This document shows, piece after piece, positions 25,328-35,619 of a stretch of 64,000 bases of DNA; positions within the stretch are counted from its first letter, which is position 1, and each line of letters starts with the position of its first letter. The notes beneath the pieces were generated by a model, which saw nothing but the letters and a program-made list of their open reading frames with translations, made no database searches and was not told where the DNA came from. The translations under genes and the position numbers were made by a program. Source of the stretch: Clostridia bacterium (GTDB taxonomy: Bacteria; Bacillota; Clostridia; Oscillospirales; CAG-272); the NCBI GenBank assembly GCA_017631085.1, contig JAGBTY010000050.1, forward strand, positions 22,780-86,779, read 5' to 3'.

Positions 25328-26025
25328 TGGGTAAGGACGTAATTATTGCTTGTGATTTTAATAGCAAGGCAGAGGTTTTGAATTTTCTTGATAAGTTTAC
25401 GGGAAGAAAACCATACGTAAAAATAGGTATGGAGCTTTATTATGCGGAAGGTCCCGAAATAGTAAAGGAAATTAAAAAGAGAGGTCATAAGATATTCCTT
25501 GACCTTAAGCTTCACGATATTCCCAATACAGTTAAAAAGTCCATGTCAGTTCTTTCAAGACTTGACGTTGATATGTGTAACCTTCATGCAAGCGGAACTA
25601 TCGCTATGATGGAAGCGGCAATTGAGGGACTTACAAGAGCTGACGGAACACGTCCTCTTCTTATAGCAGTAACACAGCTTACCTCTACAAGTGAGGAGAG
25701 AATGAAGAACGATCTTCTTATAGACGCTCCTCTTGACGAGGTCGTAATGCATTACGCAAATAACGCAAAGATCGCAGGACTTGACGGAGTCGTTTGCTCA
25801 CCGAGAGAAGCAGGTAAGGTCCACGAAAGATGCGGAAATGAATTTTTGACCGTAACTCCCGGAGTTCGCTTTGCTGACGGAGTTATCGGAGATCAGGTAA
25901 GAGTAATGACACCTGCTGACGCAAAGGCTATCGGATCTGACTATATCGTTGTGGGAAGACCTATAACCGCGGCAGAAGATCCCGTTGCGGCATACGAGAG
26001 ATGCGTTGCTGAATTTGTTGGTTAA
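25327..26025 (+). CDS. pyrF: Orotidine 5'-phosphate decarboxylase
   Basis: [20 protein letters not shown] (DxKxxD) and VVGRPIT motifs. The start overlaps the pyrD stop (TAATG). Confidence 0.93.
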   Translation: MGKDVIIACDFNSKAEVLNFLDKFTGRKPYVKIGMELYYAEGPEIVKEIKKRGHKIFLDLKLHDIPNTVKKSMSVLSRLDVDMCNLHASGTIAMMEAAIEGLTRADGTRPLLIAVTQLTSTSEERMKNDLLIDAPLDEVVMHYANNAKIAGLDGVVCSPREAGKVHERCGNEFLTVTPGVRFADGVIGDQVRVMTPADAKAIGSDYIVVGRPITAAEDPVAAYERCVAEFVG

Positions 26026-26059
26026 TAAAAAATAAAGTTAATATAGAGGAGAAGAAAAA

Positions 26060-26704
26060 ATGTATAACGACACACAAAAGCTTATCGCTAAAGACCTTTT
26101 ATCTATCAAAGCAGTATTTTTCAGACCCGAAGAGCCTTTTACCTGGGCATCGGGTATCAAGAGCCCCGTATACTGCGATAACCGTTTGACACTTACTTCC
26201 GTAAAGGTAAGAACAGACGTTGAGACAAGTCTCGCTAAGGTCATAAAAGAGAATTATCCTGACGTTGAGGTGCTTATGGGTACTTCTACAGCAGGTATAG
26301 CACATGCTGCTATAACAGCACATCTTATGGATCTTCCTATGGGATACGTTCGTTCGGGCGCAAAGGACCACGGCAGACAAAACCAGATCGAAGGAAAGCT
26401 TGAGGCAGGACAGAAGGTAGTCGTAGTTGAAGACCTTATCTCCACCGGCGGAAGCGTAATTGAAGTCGTAAATACACTTCGTGAAGCAGGAGCTGTCGTT
26501 CTCGGTATCGTTTCTATCTTTACTTACGGTATGAAGAAGGGAATCGACAGATTGAACGAAGCAAACGTTAAAAATATAAGCCTTACTAATTTTGACTGTA
26601 TTGCGGAGGTTGCGGCTGAGAGCGGATATATCAAGGAAAGCGACGTAGCACGTCTTATCGCTTTCAGAAATAACCCCTCCGACGAGAGCTGGATCGGAAA
26701 ATAA
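26060..26704 (+). CDS. pyrE: Orotate phosphoribosyltransferase
   Basis: FTWASGIKSPVYCDNR and the PRPP-binding motif VVVVEDLISTGGS. Confidence 0.92.
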   Translation: MYNDTQKLIAKDLLSIKAVFFRPEEPFTWASGIKSPVYCDNRLTLTSVKVRTDVETSLAKVIKENYPDVEVLMGTSTAGIAHAAITAHLMDLPMGYVRSGAKDHGRQNQIEGKLEAGQKVVVVEDLISTGGSVIEVVNTLREAGAVVLGIVSIFTYGMKKGIDRLNEANVKNISLTNFDCIAEVAAESGYIKESDVARLIAFRNNPSDESWIGK

Positions 26705-26757
26705 TTTTCAGTTCCATATAGACGGATACATTTCATTTTAGAAAGGATGTATTAAAC

Positions 26758-27675
26758 ATGAGAAGTTTGATAGATATTCAGGAGCTATCGGTAGAAGAGA
26801 TAAACGATCTTGTCAAGTGTGCCGAGGATATAATTGCAAACCCTGCAAAATACAGCGAAATGTGTAAGGGAAAAAAGCTTGCTACTCTGTTTTTTGAACC
26901 CTCAACAAGAACAAGACTGTCCTTTGAGGCGGCAATGTATGAGCTTGGCGGAAACGTTCTTTCTGTTTCAAGCGCGGCTTCTTCTTCCGCGGCAAAGGGA
27001 GAAAGCGTCGCTGATACGGCAAAGACTATATCAAGCTATGCCGATATAATCGCGATGCGTCATCCCAAGGAGGGAGCACCTCTTGTTGCGGCAATGAATG
27101 CTACGATCCCTGTAATAAACGCAGGTGACGGCGGTCATAACCATCCCACGCAGACCTTGGCAGACATATTGACGATACATTGTGAAAAGGGAAGACTTGA
27201 CAATATGACTATCGGTCTTTGCGGAGACCTTAAGTTCGGAAGGACCGTACATTCACTTATCTCTGCAATGTCAAGATACGAGAACGTTAAGTTTTATCTT
27301 ATTTCCCCCGACGAGCTGAAGGTTCCAAGCTACGTTAAAAAGGATATACTCAAGAAAAACAACGTTGAATATGTTCAGACGTCGGATCTTGAGGGATCGA
27401 TTTCCGAGCTCGACGTTCTTTATATGACAAGAGTTCAGAAGGAGCGATTCTTTAACGAAGAAGATTATCTGCGCCTGAAGGATAGCTATATTCTTACTCC
27501 CGATAAGCTTAAGACGGCAAAGCCTGATCTTTCTATACTCCATCCGTTGCCCAGAGTCAACGAGATCGCTGTCGCCATAGACGACGATCCGAGAGCATGT
27601 TACTTTAAGCAGGTATATTACGGTAAAATAATGAGAATGAGCCTTATACTCAAGCTGTTGGAGGTAGTAAAATGA
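26758..27675 (+). CDS. pyrB: Aspartate carbamoyltransferase catalytic subunit
   Basis: [18 protein letters not shown] and HPLPR motifs. Confidence 0.95.
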   Translation: MRSLIDIQELSVEEINDLVKCAEDIIANPAKYSEMCKGKKLATLFFEPSTRTRLSFEAAMYELGGNVLSVSSAASSSAAKGESVADTAKTISSYADIIAMRHPKEGAPLVAAMNATIPVINAGDGGHNHPTQTLADILTIHCEKGRLDNMTIGLCGDLKFGRTVHSLISAMSRYENVKFYLISPDELKVPSYVKKDILKKNNVEYVQTSDLEGSISELDVLYMTRVQKERFFNEEDYLRLKDSYILTPDKLKTAKPDLSILHPLPRVNEIAVAIDDDPRACYFKQVYYGKIMRMSLILKLLEVVK

Positions 27676-28091
27676 AGATAGATTCTATTAAAAACGGTAT
27701 TGTTCTTGACCATATAACCGCAGGAAAATCCATGGAGATATACCGTCTTCTCGGTCTTGATTCTCTTGAATGCTCTGTAGCGCTTATAAAAAATGTTCAT
27801 AGCTCAAAAATGGGTAAAAAGGACATAATCAAGATCGATGCTGATATTCCGCTGAATCTCGACGCAATAGGATACGTTGATCCGGGCGTTACTATCGATA
27901 TTATAAGAGACGGACAATTGGTTGAAAAGAAAAATATTTCACTTCCGACCACGATAACAAACGTTATCTTTTGTAAAAACCCCCGTTGTATTACCAGCAC
28001 CGAGCAGGAGCTGCCTCACGTTTTTCGCTTGACAGACGTTGGGAATAAGGTTTTCAGATGTATGTATTGCGAAACCAAGGAAACAAACTGA
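27672..28091 (+). CDS. pyrI: Aspartate carbamoyltransferase regulatory subunit
   Basis: [10 protein letters not shown] opening and the C-terminal zinc site C.NP.C.....C.YC. ATGA overlap with pyrB. Confidence 0.9.
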   Translation: MKIDSIKNGIVLDHITAGKSMEIYRLLGLDSLECSVALIKNVHSSKMGKKDIIKIDADIPLNLDAIGYVDPGVTIDIIRDGQLVEKKNISLPTTITNVIFCKNPRCITSTEQELPHVFRLTDVGNKVFRCMYCETKETN

Positions 28092-28128
28092 AAAGATATA
28101 AATAATATGTAAAAATTACACCGCAGAA

Positions 28129-28157
28129 TTGACATTTTGTCAGTTTTGCGGTATAAT
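28129..28157 (+). promoter_or_regulatory. Sigma-A type promoter upstream of lgt
   Basis: TTGACA (28129-28134), 17-nt spacer, TATAAT (28152-28157). Overlaps an imperfect hairpin (ACCGCAGAA...TTTTGCGGT) that may terminate the pyr operon. Confidence 0.55.
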
Positions 28158-28195
28158 TATTATATTGATTTTTATTTGGGATCGGAGGCAAAAAT

Positions 28196-29005
28196 ATGTT
28201 TCCTTATGAGATTTTTTCAGGATTTGATACATATGCATTGATGCTTTGTATCGGTCTTGTTGCCGCTATTTTATCATTCAGATTTGTGTCGGATAAAACA
28301 AATATAAGCGGAAAGCTTCAGAACTTATGTCTTTATAACGGAGTTGTATCGATCGGATTCGGTTATTTTTCGGCAGTTTTCTTTCAAGCTATGTATAATA
28401 TTGCAAAAAACGGAGGCTTCGTGATAGATTCCAAAACGGGAGCTACCTTTTACGGCGGACTTGTGGGCGGAGCTGCGATCTTTTTAATTATATATTTCGT
28501 TGCAGGTGCAGTTATATTCAAAGAGGGCGGGGAGCATAAAAAGAAGTTTTGGATCATGAGCGACGTTGCGTGTGCCTCTATTGCATTAGGTCATGCCTTT
28601 GGCCGTATTGGCTGTCTTTTTGCGGGGTGCTGTCATGGAGCAGAGACAGATGCATGGTACGGCATATATATGCAAAGCATAGATAAAAAGGTCATTCCCA
28701 CACAACTTTTCGAGGCTATCTTTCTCTTTGCCCTTTCTGCATTTTTCTTCGTTCGCGTGAAAAAACATAAAACGTATAATCTGCCTATATATATGGGTGC
28801 ATATGGCGCATGGCGTTTCGCTCTCGAATATATGAGAGACGATTACAGAGGAACGACCGTCGTTGATTTTTTGACACCGTCGCAATTTATAGCCTTACTT
28901 ATGATCATAGGTGCTGTTGTTCTTTATATTATCGAAAAGGCGCTTATTGAAAAAGCCGAAAATGAAGTAGACCAAGAGATCGTCGGCGTAGCAAAAGAAG
29001 AGTGA
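28196..29005 (+). CDS. lgt: Prolipoprotein diacylglyceryl transferase
   Basis: Polytopic membrane protein with the Lgt signature GRIGCLFAGCCHG, the YGGLVGG motif and PTQLFEA. Confidence 0.9.
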   Translation: MFPYEIFSGFDTYALMLCIGLVAAILSFRFVSDKTNISGKLQNLCLYNGVVSIGFGYFSAVFFQAMYNIAKNGGFVIDSKTGATFYGGLVGGAAIFLIIYFVAGAVIFKEGGEHKKKFWIMSDVACASIALGHAFGRIGCLFAGCCHGAETDAWYGIYMQSIDKKVIPTQLFEAIFLFALSAFFFVRVKKHKTYNLPIYMGAYGAWRFALEYMRDDYRGTTVVDFLTPSQFIALLMIIGAVVLYIIEKALIEKAENEVDQEIVGVAKEE

Positions 29006-29009
29006 AAAA

Positions 29010-29807
29010 ATGAGTAAAACAAAATTTGATAAAATATTATTTGTCACTGTAATAGGACTTTTTGTCCTTTTGCTTATTGAGACCTTTCAAAGCACGATCT
29101 TCGGTGACGGACTTATAGGCGGATTTCTGTATTCTATTACCACAAGATATCTTGGTAGCGTACTGTGTATTCTGGTAATATATAAATATTCGGCAAAGAG
29201 GATTCTTTATAATTTGCCAAAAGCTAATTCGTTGCTTCTTTTTTTGGTGTGCATGGTCATAGCGGTAAATAATTTTCCGTTTTTAGCATACGTTCGAGGA
29301 GATGCATATATAAGTGAAGGTATATTGGAGATAATATTATTTGCCGTAATGTGTCTTGGCGTAGGACTTTTTGAAGAGCTTGCTTTTCGCGGTTGTGTCT
29401 TTACTCTCATTTTAAGAAACAAAAGAAGCAGCAGAGCAGATGTTTTTTGGTCGATAGTACTGTCTTCAGCAGTTTTTGGAGTGATACACCTTACAAATCT
29501 TTTCGCGGGGGCATCACCCGGATCTGTTTTCTTGCAGATAGGATATTCCTTTTTGATAGGAGGAATGTGCTCGGTCGTCCTTATTAAAACGGGAAATGTT
29601 TTTTGTTGTGCCATAATACACGCGGTATATAACTTTGCAGGAACTGTCATACCCACACTCGGTGGAGGGAATATGCTGAATGTTCCCACTGTGATCATTA
29701 CCGCAATACTTGCATTGGCGGTGGCTACATATATTGTAATCGAGCTTGTAAGATTTGACGTGAGCAGTCTGGACCTTATTTTTGAAGAAGAGAGCAGGAG
29801 TGTATGA
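29010..29807 (+). CDS. CPBP-family (CAAX-type) intramembrane glutamic endopeptidase
   Basis: Motif 1 EELAFRG, motif 2 FGVIHL, motif 3 HAVYN, in a polytopic protein of about 7 TM helices. Starts 4 nt after the lgt stop. Confidence 0.85.
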   Translation: MSKTKFDKILFVTVIGLFVLLLIETFQSTIFGDGLIGGFLYSITTRYLGSVLCILVIYKYSAKRILYNLPKANSLLLFLVCMVIAVNNFPFLAYVRGDAYISEGILEIILFAVMCLGVGLFEELAFRGCVFTLILRNKRSSRADVFWSIVLSSAVFGVIHLTNLFAGASPGSVFLQIGYSFLIGGMCSVVLIKTGNVFCCAIIHAVYNFAGTVIPTLGGGNMLNVPTVIITAILALAVATYIVIELVRFDVSSLDLIFEEESRSV

Positions 29808-29831
29808 CGTCTCTTGCGAAAAGGAGATAAA

Positions 29832-30491
29832 GTGGTCACATTTGAAGAAATAAAAAATAACGAAGTAATAAAAACGTATATACGTGAGGCAGATGAATCG
29901 CTAAAGGCAATTGGATATACAGAACATAGCTTTGCCCATGCGGGAATAGTTGCTAATAACGTTGGTTATATTCTCAAAACATTAGGCTATTCGGAGAGAT
30001 ACGTTGACGTGGCAAAGATAGCTGCATATCTTCATGATATAGGTAATCTAATAAATCGTATCGAGCATTCCCAAAGCGGAGCAATAATGGCTTTTCGTAT
30101 CTTGAGTGAGCTCGGCATGGATGCGGAGGAGATAGCAACCATAATAACGGCTATCGGAAATCATGACGAGGGAACGGGCGCTCCCGTAAATTCCGCGGCT
30201 GCGGCTCTTATACTCGCAGATAAATCTGACGTGAGAAGGTCGCGTGTAAGAGAGCGAAATATTCCCGCGTTTGACATTCATGACAGAGTAAATTATTCGG
30301 TTGCTTCTTCTAAGCTTACGGTAGATGCGGAGAAGAAGGAGGTCTATCTGTGCCTTGTTATAGAGACCGAATACAGCTCGGTCATGGAGTATTTCGAAAT
30401 ATTTCTCGATAGAATGCTTTTGTGCCGAAAGGCCGCCACAGCTCTTGGTCTTGAGTTTCATTTCAAAGTAAACGGCCAAGTCCTTTTATAA
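29832..30491 (+). CDS. HD-domain phosphohydrolase
   Basis: HSFAHA...AAYLHDIGN (H...HD) and NHDEG motifs. I prefer the GTG at 29832 (AAAGGAG 5 nt upstream) to the track's TTG at 29814. The start is uncertain. Confidence 0.7.
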   Translation: MVTFEEIKNNEVIKTYIREADESLKAIGYTEHSFAHAGIVANNVGYILKTLGYSERYVDVAKIAAYLHDIGNLINRIEHSQSGAIMAFRILSELGMDAEEIATIITAIGNHDEGTGAPVNSAAAALILADKSDVRRSRVRERNIPAFDIHDRVNYSVASSKLTVDAEKKEVYLCLVIETEYSSVMEYFEIFLDRMLLCRKAATALGLEFHFKVNGQVLL

Positions 30492-30525
30492 TTTGAAAAT
30501 AATACAATTTTTTTGCTAAAAGCTA

Positions 30526-30554
30526 TTGACTTTGTCTGTTTATTGTGTTATCAT
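30526..30554 (+). promoter_or_regulatory. Sigma-A type promoter of the yerC-his operon
   Basis: TTGACT (30526-30531), 17-nt spacer, TATCAT (30549-30554). Confidence 0.5.
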
Positions 30555-30583
30555 ATTAAAGTGCTAAAACGGAGGTGCAGAAA

Positions 30584-30874
30584 ATGAACATAAAAGAAAA
30601 TGAAGGCTATAAGCTGCTTGTAAAAGCAATCGTTGCAATAAATGACGAGGAAGAGTGTCATTCCTTTTTAGATGACCTTATGACAAAAAGAGAAATGCTT
30701 GATATATCCCAAAGACTTCTTGTTGCAAAAATGCTCTCGGAGCAGGCGGTATACACCAAGATCGTGGAGGATACCGGAGCAAGTACGGCAACTATCAGCC
30801 GAGTAAACCGTTGCTATTCATACGGTGACGGTGGTTACGCGAAGATCCTTAAAAAGCTTGAGGAGGAAAAGTAA
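30584..30874 (+). CDS. YerC/YecD-family TrpR-like DNA-binding protein
   Basis: I prefer the ATG at 30584 (GGAGG upstream). DDLMTKREMLDISQRLLVAKML......I....GASTATISRVNRCYSYG is the TrpR-like HTH typical of YerC. Confidence 0.8.
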   Translation: MNIKENEGYKLLVKAIVAINDEEECHSFLDDLMTKREMLDISQRLLVAKMLSEQAVYTKIVEDTGASTATISRVNRCYSYGDGGYAKILKKLEEEK

Positions 30875-31962
30875 TGAATTATTCCGATGGCGTTTTGAGA
30901 AATGATGAAAAGGCAATATACGCTCTCCGTGAGCTTTACGGAAGATTCGGATATATGCTTTACAAAGTAAATAAATTTGAAGAATACGACCTTTATGCTC
31001 ACAATAAAAATTTTCTTGTAAGCGATAAGGTCCTTGCATTTACGGATACAAACGGAAAGCTTATGGCACTCAAGCCCGACGTAACACTTTCCATAATTAA
31101 AAACATAGCATATGAGGACAATACGATAAATAAGCTCTGCTATAATGAAAACGTTTACAGGACCTCCGACGGAGACGGCTTTAAGGAGATCATGCAGACG
31201 GGACTTGAGTGCGTTGGAAACGTAGATATGTATAACGAGTGTGAAGTTATCATGCTTGCGGCAAAAAGCCTTGAGACAATAAGCAACGAATACATACTCG
31301 ACCTTTCACATATGGGATTTACCGACGGACTTCTTGACAAGGCAGGAGTTGATCTCTCACAAAGAGAAGAAATACTTAAGCTTATAGAATCCAAAAACGT
31401 TTCCGTACTGAAGGCGTATTTAAATAAGATCGGAATGACCGAAGAGTATTGTGAAAATCTTTGCAAACTCGTGGAAATGTATATGCCTCTCGGCGAGGCT
31501 CTGAAAGTTATTGAGGGTTGTGTCAGCGGTGAAAAAATGAGGGCTGCATATGAGGAGCTCTCACTCATAGCCGAAATGATGGTCACCTACGGTGTCAGCG
31601 ATAAGATATATCTTGACTTGTCGGTGGTAAATGACCTTAACTACTATGACGGTATTACGTTTAAAGGATTTATAAACGGAATTCCCGCAAGTGTGCTTTC
31701 GGGCGGAAGATATGACAGATTGCTCCGAAAGTTCCGAAAAAACGTAGGTGCTATAGGTTTTGCTGTATATCTTGACCGACTTGAGCGATTTAACGTTCAG
31801 GAGAGAAAATATAACGTTGATGTTTTACTGGTTTATGATGAGAATGCCGACGTCAAGAAGATATCCGAAGCGGTTAAAAAGCTCAATGATGAAGGAAAAT
31901 CCGTGTTGACATCTGTTTCGGACGTAACGTCTGTAAGCTATAAACAGCTTGTCAGAATATAA
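30874..31962 (+). CDS. hisZ: ATP phosphoribosyltransferase regulatory subunit (HisRS paralogue)
   Basis: 362 aa with a class-II aaRS-like core (LKPDVTLSI, QTGLECVG, GGRYD.LL). It lies directly upstream of a short-form hisG. ATGA-type overlap with yerC. Confidence 0.85.
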   Translation: MNYSDGVLRNDEKAIYALRELYGRFGYMLYKVNKFEEYDLYAHNKNFLVSDKVLAFTDTNGKLMALKPDVTLSIIKNIAYEDNTINKLCYNENVYRTSDGDGFKEIMQTGLECVGNVDMYNECEVIMLAAKSLETISNEYILDLSHMGFTDGLLDKAGVDLSQREEILKLIESKNVSVLKAYLNKIGMTEEYCENLCKLVEMYMPLGEALKVIEGCVSGEKMRAAYEELSLIAEMMVTYGVSDKIYLDLSVVNDLNYYDGITFKGFINGIPASVLSGGRYDRLLRKFRKNVGAIGFAVYLDRLERFNVQERKYNVDVLLVYDENADVKKISEAVKKLNDEGKSVLTSVSDVTSVSYKQLVRI

Positions 31963-31979
31963 GACGGAGGTGTCAGATT

Positions 31980-32609
31980 ATGAAGCAGATGATAAATATT
32001 GCTCTTCCCAAAGGACGACTTGGAGAGAAAGCATACGGAATACTTGAAGCGGCAGGCTTTGAGTGCCCTTCTATAAAAGAAGAAAGCAGAAAGCTCATAT
32101 TTGAAAATGAAGAAAAGGGAGTACGGTATTTCTGGGTAAAGCCCTCGGATGTCGTAATATACGTTGAGAGAGGTGCAGCAGACATAGGTATTGCGGGAAA
32201 GGATATTATTCTCGAATATTCTCCCAATATATATGAGCTTGCCGACCTCGGTATTGGAAAGTGCAGAATGGCAGTAGCAGCAAAGAAGGACTTTTACGAC
32301 AGAAGAGACAGAACTCTTCGCGTTGCTACAAAATTCCCGAATATTGCGAGAGATTTTTATAATAAGCAAAGCAGAGAGATAGATATTATCAAGCTTAACG
32401 GCTCAATAGAGCTCGCTCCTATTCTCGGTCTTTCCGATGTTATAGTCGATATTGTTGAGACAGGAAAGACACTTTACGAAAATAATCTCGAGCCCAAGCA
32501 GGATATCGTTCAGATAAGTGCGCGCCTTGTTGCCAATAAGGCAAGCTATAAGTTCAAAAACAAAGAAATAAAAGAAATTTGTGAAAAGGTCCAAAATATA
32601 ATTGGATAA
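31980..32609 (+). CDS. hisG: ATP phosphoribosyltransferase, short form
   Basis: INIALPKGRL, DIGIAGKD, IVETGKTL and LVAN motifs. At 209 aa it lacks the C-terminal regulatory domain. Confidence 0.93.
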   Translation: MKQMINIALPKGRLGEKAYGILEAAGFECPSIKEESRKLIFENEEKGVRYFWVKPSDVVIYVERGAADIGIAGKDIILEYSPNIYELADLGIGKCRMAVAAKKDFYDRRDRTLRVATKFPNIARDFYNKQSREIDIIKLNGSIELAPILGLSDVIVDIVETGKTLYENNLEPKQDIVQISARLVANKASYKFKNKEIKEICEKVQNIIG

Positions 32610-32625
32610 AATACATGGAGGCAAA

Positions 32626-33921
32626 ATGATTCGTATACTTAATTATAAAGAGATGAATAATGAGGATATTTTCTTGCGTGTTGAAAGCAAAAGCAACGTG
32701 GAAAATATTGTTTCGGATATTATTGCAAACGTAAGAAGCAACGGTGACAAGGCTCTTTATGAGTATTGCGAGAAATTTGATAAGGTAAAGCTCGAAGGTC
32801 TCTTGGTTACAGACGAGGAAATAGAGGAGGCTTGGGAGACTGTTGACGAAAAATTCAAGGAAATAATCAAAAAGGCTTCCGAAAACATTTATGCTTTTCA
32901 CTCAAGACAGGTCAGAAACAGCTTTCTTATCAATGAAAAAGACGGTGTTGTTATAGGTCAGAAGGTAATACCGATAGAGAAGGTAGGACTTTACGTTCCG
33001 GGAGGAACAGCGGCATATCCCTCGTCGGTGCTCATGAACTGTATCCCCGCAAAGATCGCTGGCTGTCAAGAGATAGTAATGGTAACACCTCCGTCTAAAA
33101 ACGGAAAGGTCAATCCCGTAATTCTTGTTGCGGCAAAGATCGCGGGTGTGGGAAGAATATTCAAGGTCGGAGGAGCACAGGCGGTAGCGGCTCTGGCGTA
33201 CGGAACAGAAACGATCCCCTCGGTCGATAAAATAGTCGGGCCCGGAAACGCATTCGTTGCCGAGGCAAAAAAGCAGGTGTTTGGCAAAGTTTCGATAGAT
33301 ATGATAGCGGGACCCAGTGAGATACTTGTGATTGCCGACGGAAGCTGTGATCCACGTTACGTTGCAGCTGACCTTCTTTCTCAAGCAGAGCATGATAAGA
33401 TGGCAAGTGCCGTCCTTGTTACAGATTCGGAAAAGCTCGCAAGGGAAACAGCTGAAGAGATCGAGCGTCAGCTTACTTTGCTCGAAAGAGAAGAGATCGC
33501 AAGAACGTCGATAGAAAATAACGGAAAGATAATCATAACAGAGAGCATTGACGAAGCTGTTCGTGTGGCAAATGAAATTGCACCGGAGCACCTTGAGATA
33601 TGCGTTGACGAGCCCTTTATGTATCTTGATAAGATAAAAAATGCAGGCTCGGTATTTATGGGTAAATATTGTCCCGAGGCTCTTGGCGATTATTTCGCAG
33701 GACCTAACCATACTCTTCCCACAAGCGGAACGGCACGCTTCTCAAGCCCCTTATCGGTAGACGATTTTGTAAAGAAAACACAGTTTACATATTACACCAA
33801 GGAGGCTCTCGCAAAGGTCGGACGGGATATAGAATTTTTTGCAAATAAAGAGGGCCTTGGCGCTCACGCAAGAAGCGCGGTTATAAGACTTGAGGACGAG
33901 GCTGAGGACGAAAACAAGTAA
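32626..33921 (+). CDS. hisD: Histidinol dehydrogenase
   Basis: I prefer the ATG at 32626 (GGAGG upstream). [33 protein letters not shown] and GPNHTLPT motifs. Confidence 0.95.
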   Translation: MIRILNYKEMNNEDIFLRVESKSNVENIVSDIIANVRSNGDKALYEYCEKFDKVKLEGLLVTDEEIEEAWETVDEKFKEIIKKASENIYAFHSRQVRNSFLINEKDGVVIGQKVIPIEKVGLYVPGGTAAYPSSVLMNCIPAKIAGCQEIVMVTPPSKNGKVNPVILVAAKIAGVGRIFKVGGAQAVAALAYGTETIPSVDKIVGPGNAFVAEAKKQVFGKVSIDMIAGPSEILVIADGSCDPRYVAADLLSQAEHDKMASAVLVTDSEKLARETAEEIERQLTLLEREEIARTSIENNGKIIITESIDEAVRVANEIAPEHLEICVDEPFMYLDKIKNAGSVFMGKYCPEALGDYFAGPNHTLPTSGTARFSSPLSVDDFVKKTQFTYYTKEALAKVGRDIEFFANKEGLGAHARSAVIRLEDEAEDENK

Positions 33922-33943
33922 CGGTTGAGGAAAAACAATTATA

Positions 33944-35011
33944 ATGAGTAGATTTTTAAACGAAAAATATCTGTCGCTTGAAGCGTATACTCCGGGAGAA
34001 CAGCCGACAGATATGAAGTACATCAAGCTGAATACCAACGAGTCTCCTTATCCTCCCTCCGAGGGCGTTATAGAGGCGTTGAATTCAGAGGAAATAAAAA
34101 AGCTTAATCTGTATCCCGATCCTACGGGAAACCAACTGAAAAGCAGTATAGCAGAGCTTTACGGAGTGAATAAGGAAAACGTTTTCTTGTCCAACGGCTC
34201 GGACGATATTCTTAATTTTTCCTTTATGGCGTTCTGTAATGATTCTACAAGTCCCGTAAAATTCCCCGAAATATCTTATGGATTTTATAAGGTATACGCA
34301 GATCTTTACAAGGTTAAATACTCGCAGATATCATTGAAGGACGACTTTTCAATAAATATCGACGATTATATGGGAAACGATGCAACCGTTGTTATCGCAA
34401 ACCCCAATGCTCCGACCGGTTTGGCACTCGGTATCGAGGATATTGAAAAGATAGTATCGAATAATAAAGATCATATAGTCCTTATTGACGAGGCATACGT
34501 TGATTTCGGCGCTGAAAGCGCCGTGGAGCTTACCAAAAAGTATAAAAATCTTTTGGTGGTATGTACTTATTCGAAATCACGCTCCATGGCGGGAGCAAGA
34601 CTTGGTTTTGCCATCGCTGACAGTGAGATAATTTCGGACCTTGAAAAGATCAAGTATTCTACAAATCCTTACAATATAAACCGTCTTACCATGACAGCGG
34701 GAATAGCTGCCATTAAGGACAACAATTATTATATGGATAATTGCCGAAGGATAATCGAAACAAGAGAATATACCGCAGCGAAGCTTCGCATGGCGGGATT
34801 TGAGCTTACAGACTCAAAATCAAACTTCTTGTTTGCAAGAACACCGAAAATGTCAGGTCAGGAACTTTATTCTATCCTTAAACAAAAGGGAATACTCGTA
34901 AGGCATTTTTCTTCTCCAAAGATATCGGACTACGTCCGTATTACCGTGGGCACACGAGAGCAAATGGATAAGCTGCTTGATACTATTGAAGATATACTGA
35001 AGGACAAATAA
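33944..35011 (+). CDS. hisC: Histidinol-phosphate aminotransferase
   Basis: KLNTNESPYP, NPNAPTG, IDEAY.DF and the YSKSRSMAGARLG (PLP Lys) motif. Confidence 0.93.
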   Translation: MSRFLNEKYLSLEAYTPGEQPTDMKYIKLNTNESPYPPSEGVIEALNSEEIKKLNLYPDPTGNQLKSSIAELYGVNKENVFLSNGSDDILNFSFMAFCNDSTSPVKFPEISYGFYKVYADLYKVKYSQISLKDDFSINIDDYMGNDATVVIANPNAPTGLALGIEDIEKIVSNNKDHIVLIDEAYVDFGAESAVELTKKYKNLLVVCTYSKSRSMAGARLGFAIADSEIISDLEKIKYSTNPYNINRLTMTAGIAAIKDNNYYMDNCRRIIETREYTAAKLRMAGFELTDSKSNFLFARTPKMSGQELYSILKQKGILVRHFSSPKISDYVRITVGTREQMDKLLDTIEDILKDK

Positions 35012-35025
35012 AAGAAAAGGTAAGA

Positions 35026-35619
35026 ATGAAGATGAGAACATCGGAAATAAAAAGAAAAACTGCAGAGACAGATATAGAGATCAAATTGAATATTGACGGA
35101 AAAGGAAATGCAGAGATAAATACCGGATGCGGATTTATGGATCATATGCTGACTCTTTTTGCGTCTCACGGAAAATTTGACCTCTATGTAAAATGCGTGG
35201 GAGATACCGACGTTGATTATCACCATAGCGTAGAGGATATAGGAATAGCGCTCGGACAAGCTTTTCTTGAAGCACTGGGAGACAAGCGTGGAATCGTTCG
35301 TTACGGAAATATGGTGCTTCCCATGGACGAATCGCTCATTTTGTGTGCTCTTGATATAAGCGGAAGAGACTGCTTGGTATATGATCTTGATATTCCAACC
35401 GAGAAGGTCGGGAATATGGATACCGAGCTTGTGGAAGAATTCTTCCTCGGATTTGTAAGAAACGCAAAGGTAACCCTGCATATTAAAAAACTTGACGGTA
35501 AAAACAGTCACCATATTATAGAGGGAACGTTCAAATCCTTTGCAAGAGCTATGAAAATGGCTGTTTCTATCGATCCGGCGTATGCCGATGAAGTCCCTTC
35601 AACCAAAGGAGTCCTTTGA
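35026..35619 (+). CDS. hisB: Imidazoleglycerol-phosphate dehydratase
   Basis: RKTAETDI, GFMDHML, DVDYHHSVEDIGIALG, NSHHIIEG.FK and PSTKGVL motifs. Confidence 0.95.
   Translation: MKMRTSEIKRKTAETDIEIKLNIDGKGNAEINTGCGFMDHMLTLFASHGKFDLYVKCVGDTDVDYHHSVEDIGIALGQAFLEALGDKRGIVRYGNMVLPMDESLILCALDISGRDCLVYDLDIPTEKVGNMDTELVEEFFLGFVRNAKVTLHIKKLDGKNSHHIIEGTFKSFARAMKMAVSIDPAYADEVPSTKGVL

Noticed and set aside
32902-33711. Long antisense ORFs inside well-supported genes. Examples: 32902-33711 in hisD, 29207-29839 in the CPBP gene, 22725-23345 in pyrC, 1969-2622 in guaB, 5024-5620 and 54472-55011 in the pseudo-ATPase genes, and 10833-12543 fragments in gpmI.
   Set aside because: Each lies opposite a gene with clear family motifs. 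None shows motifs, an RBS or plausible composition. All are treated as shadow ORFs.
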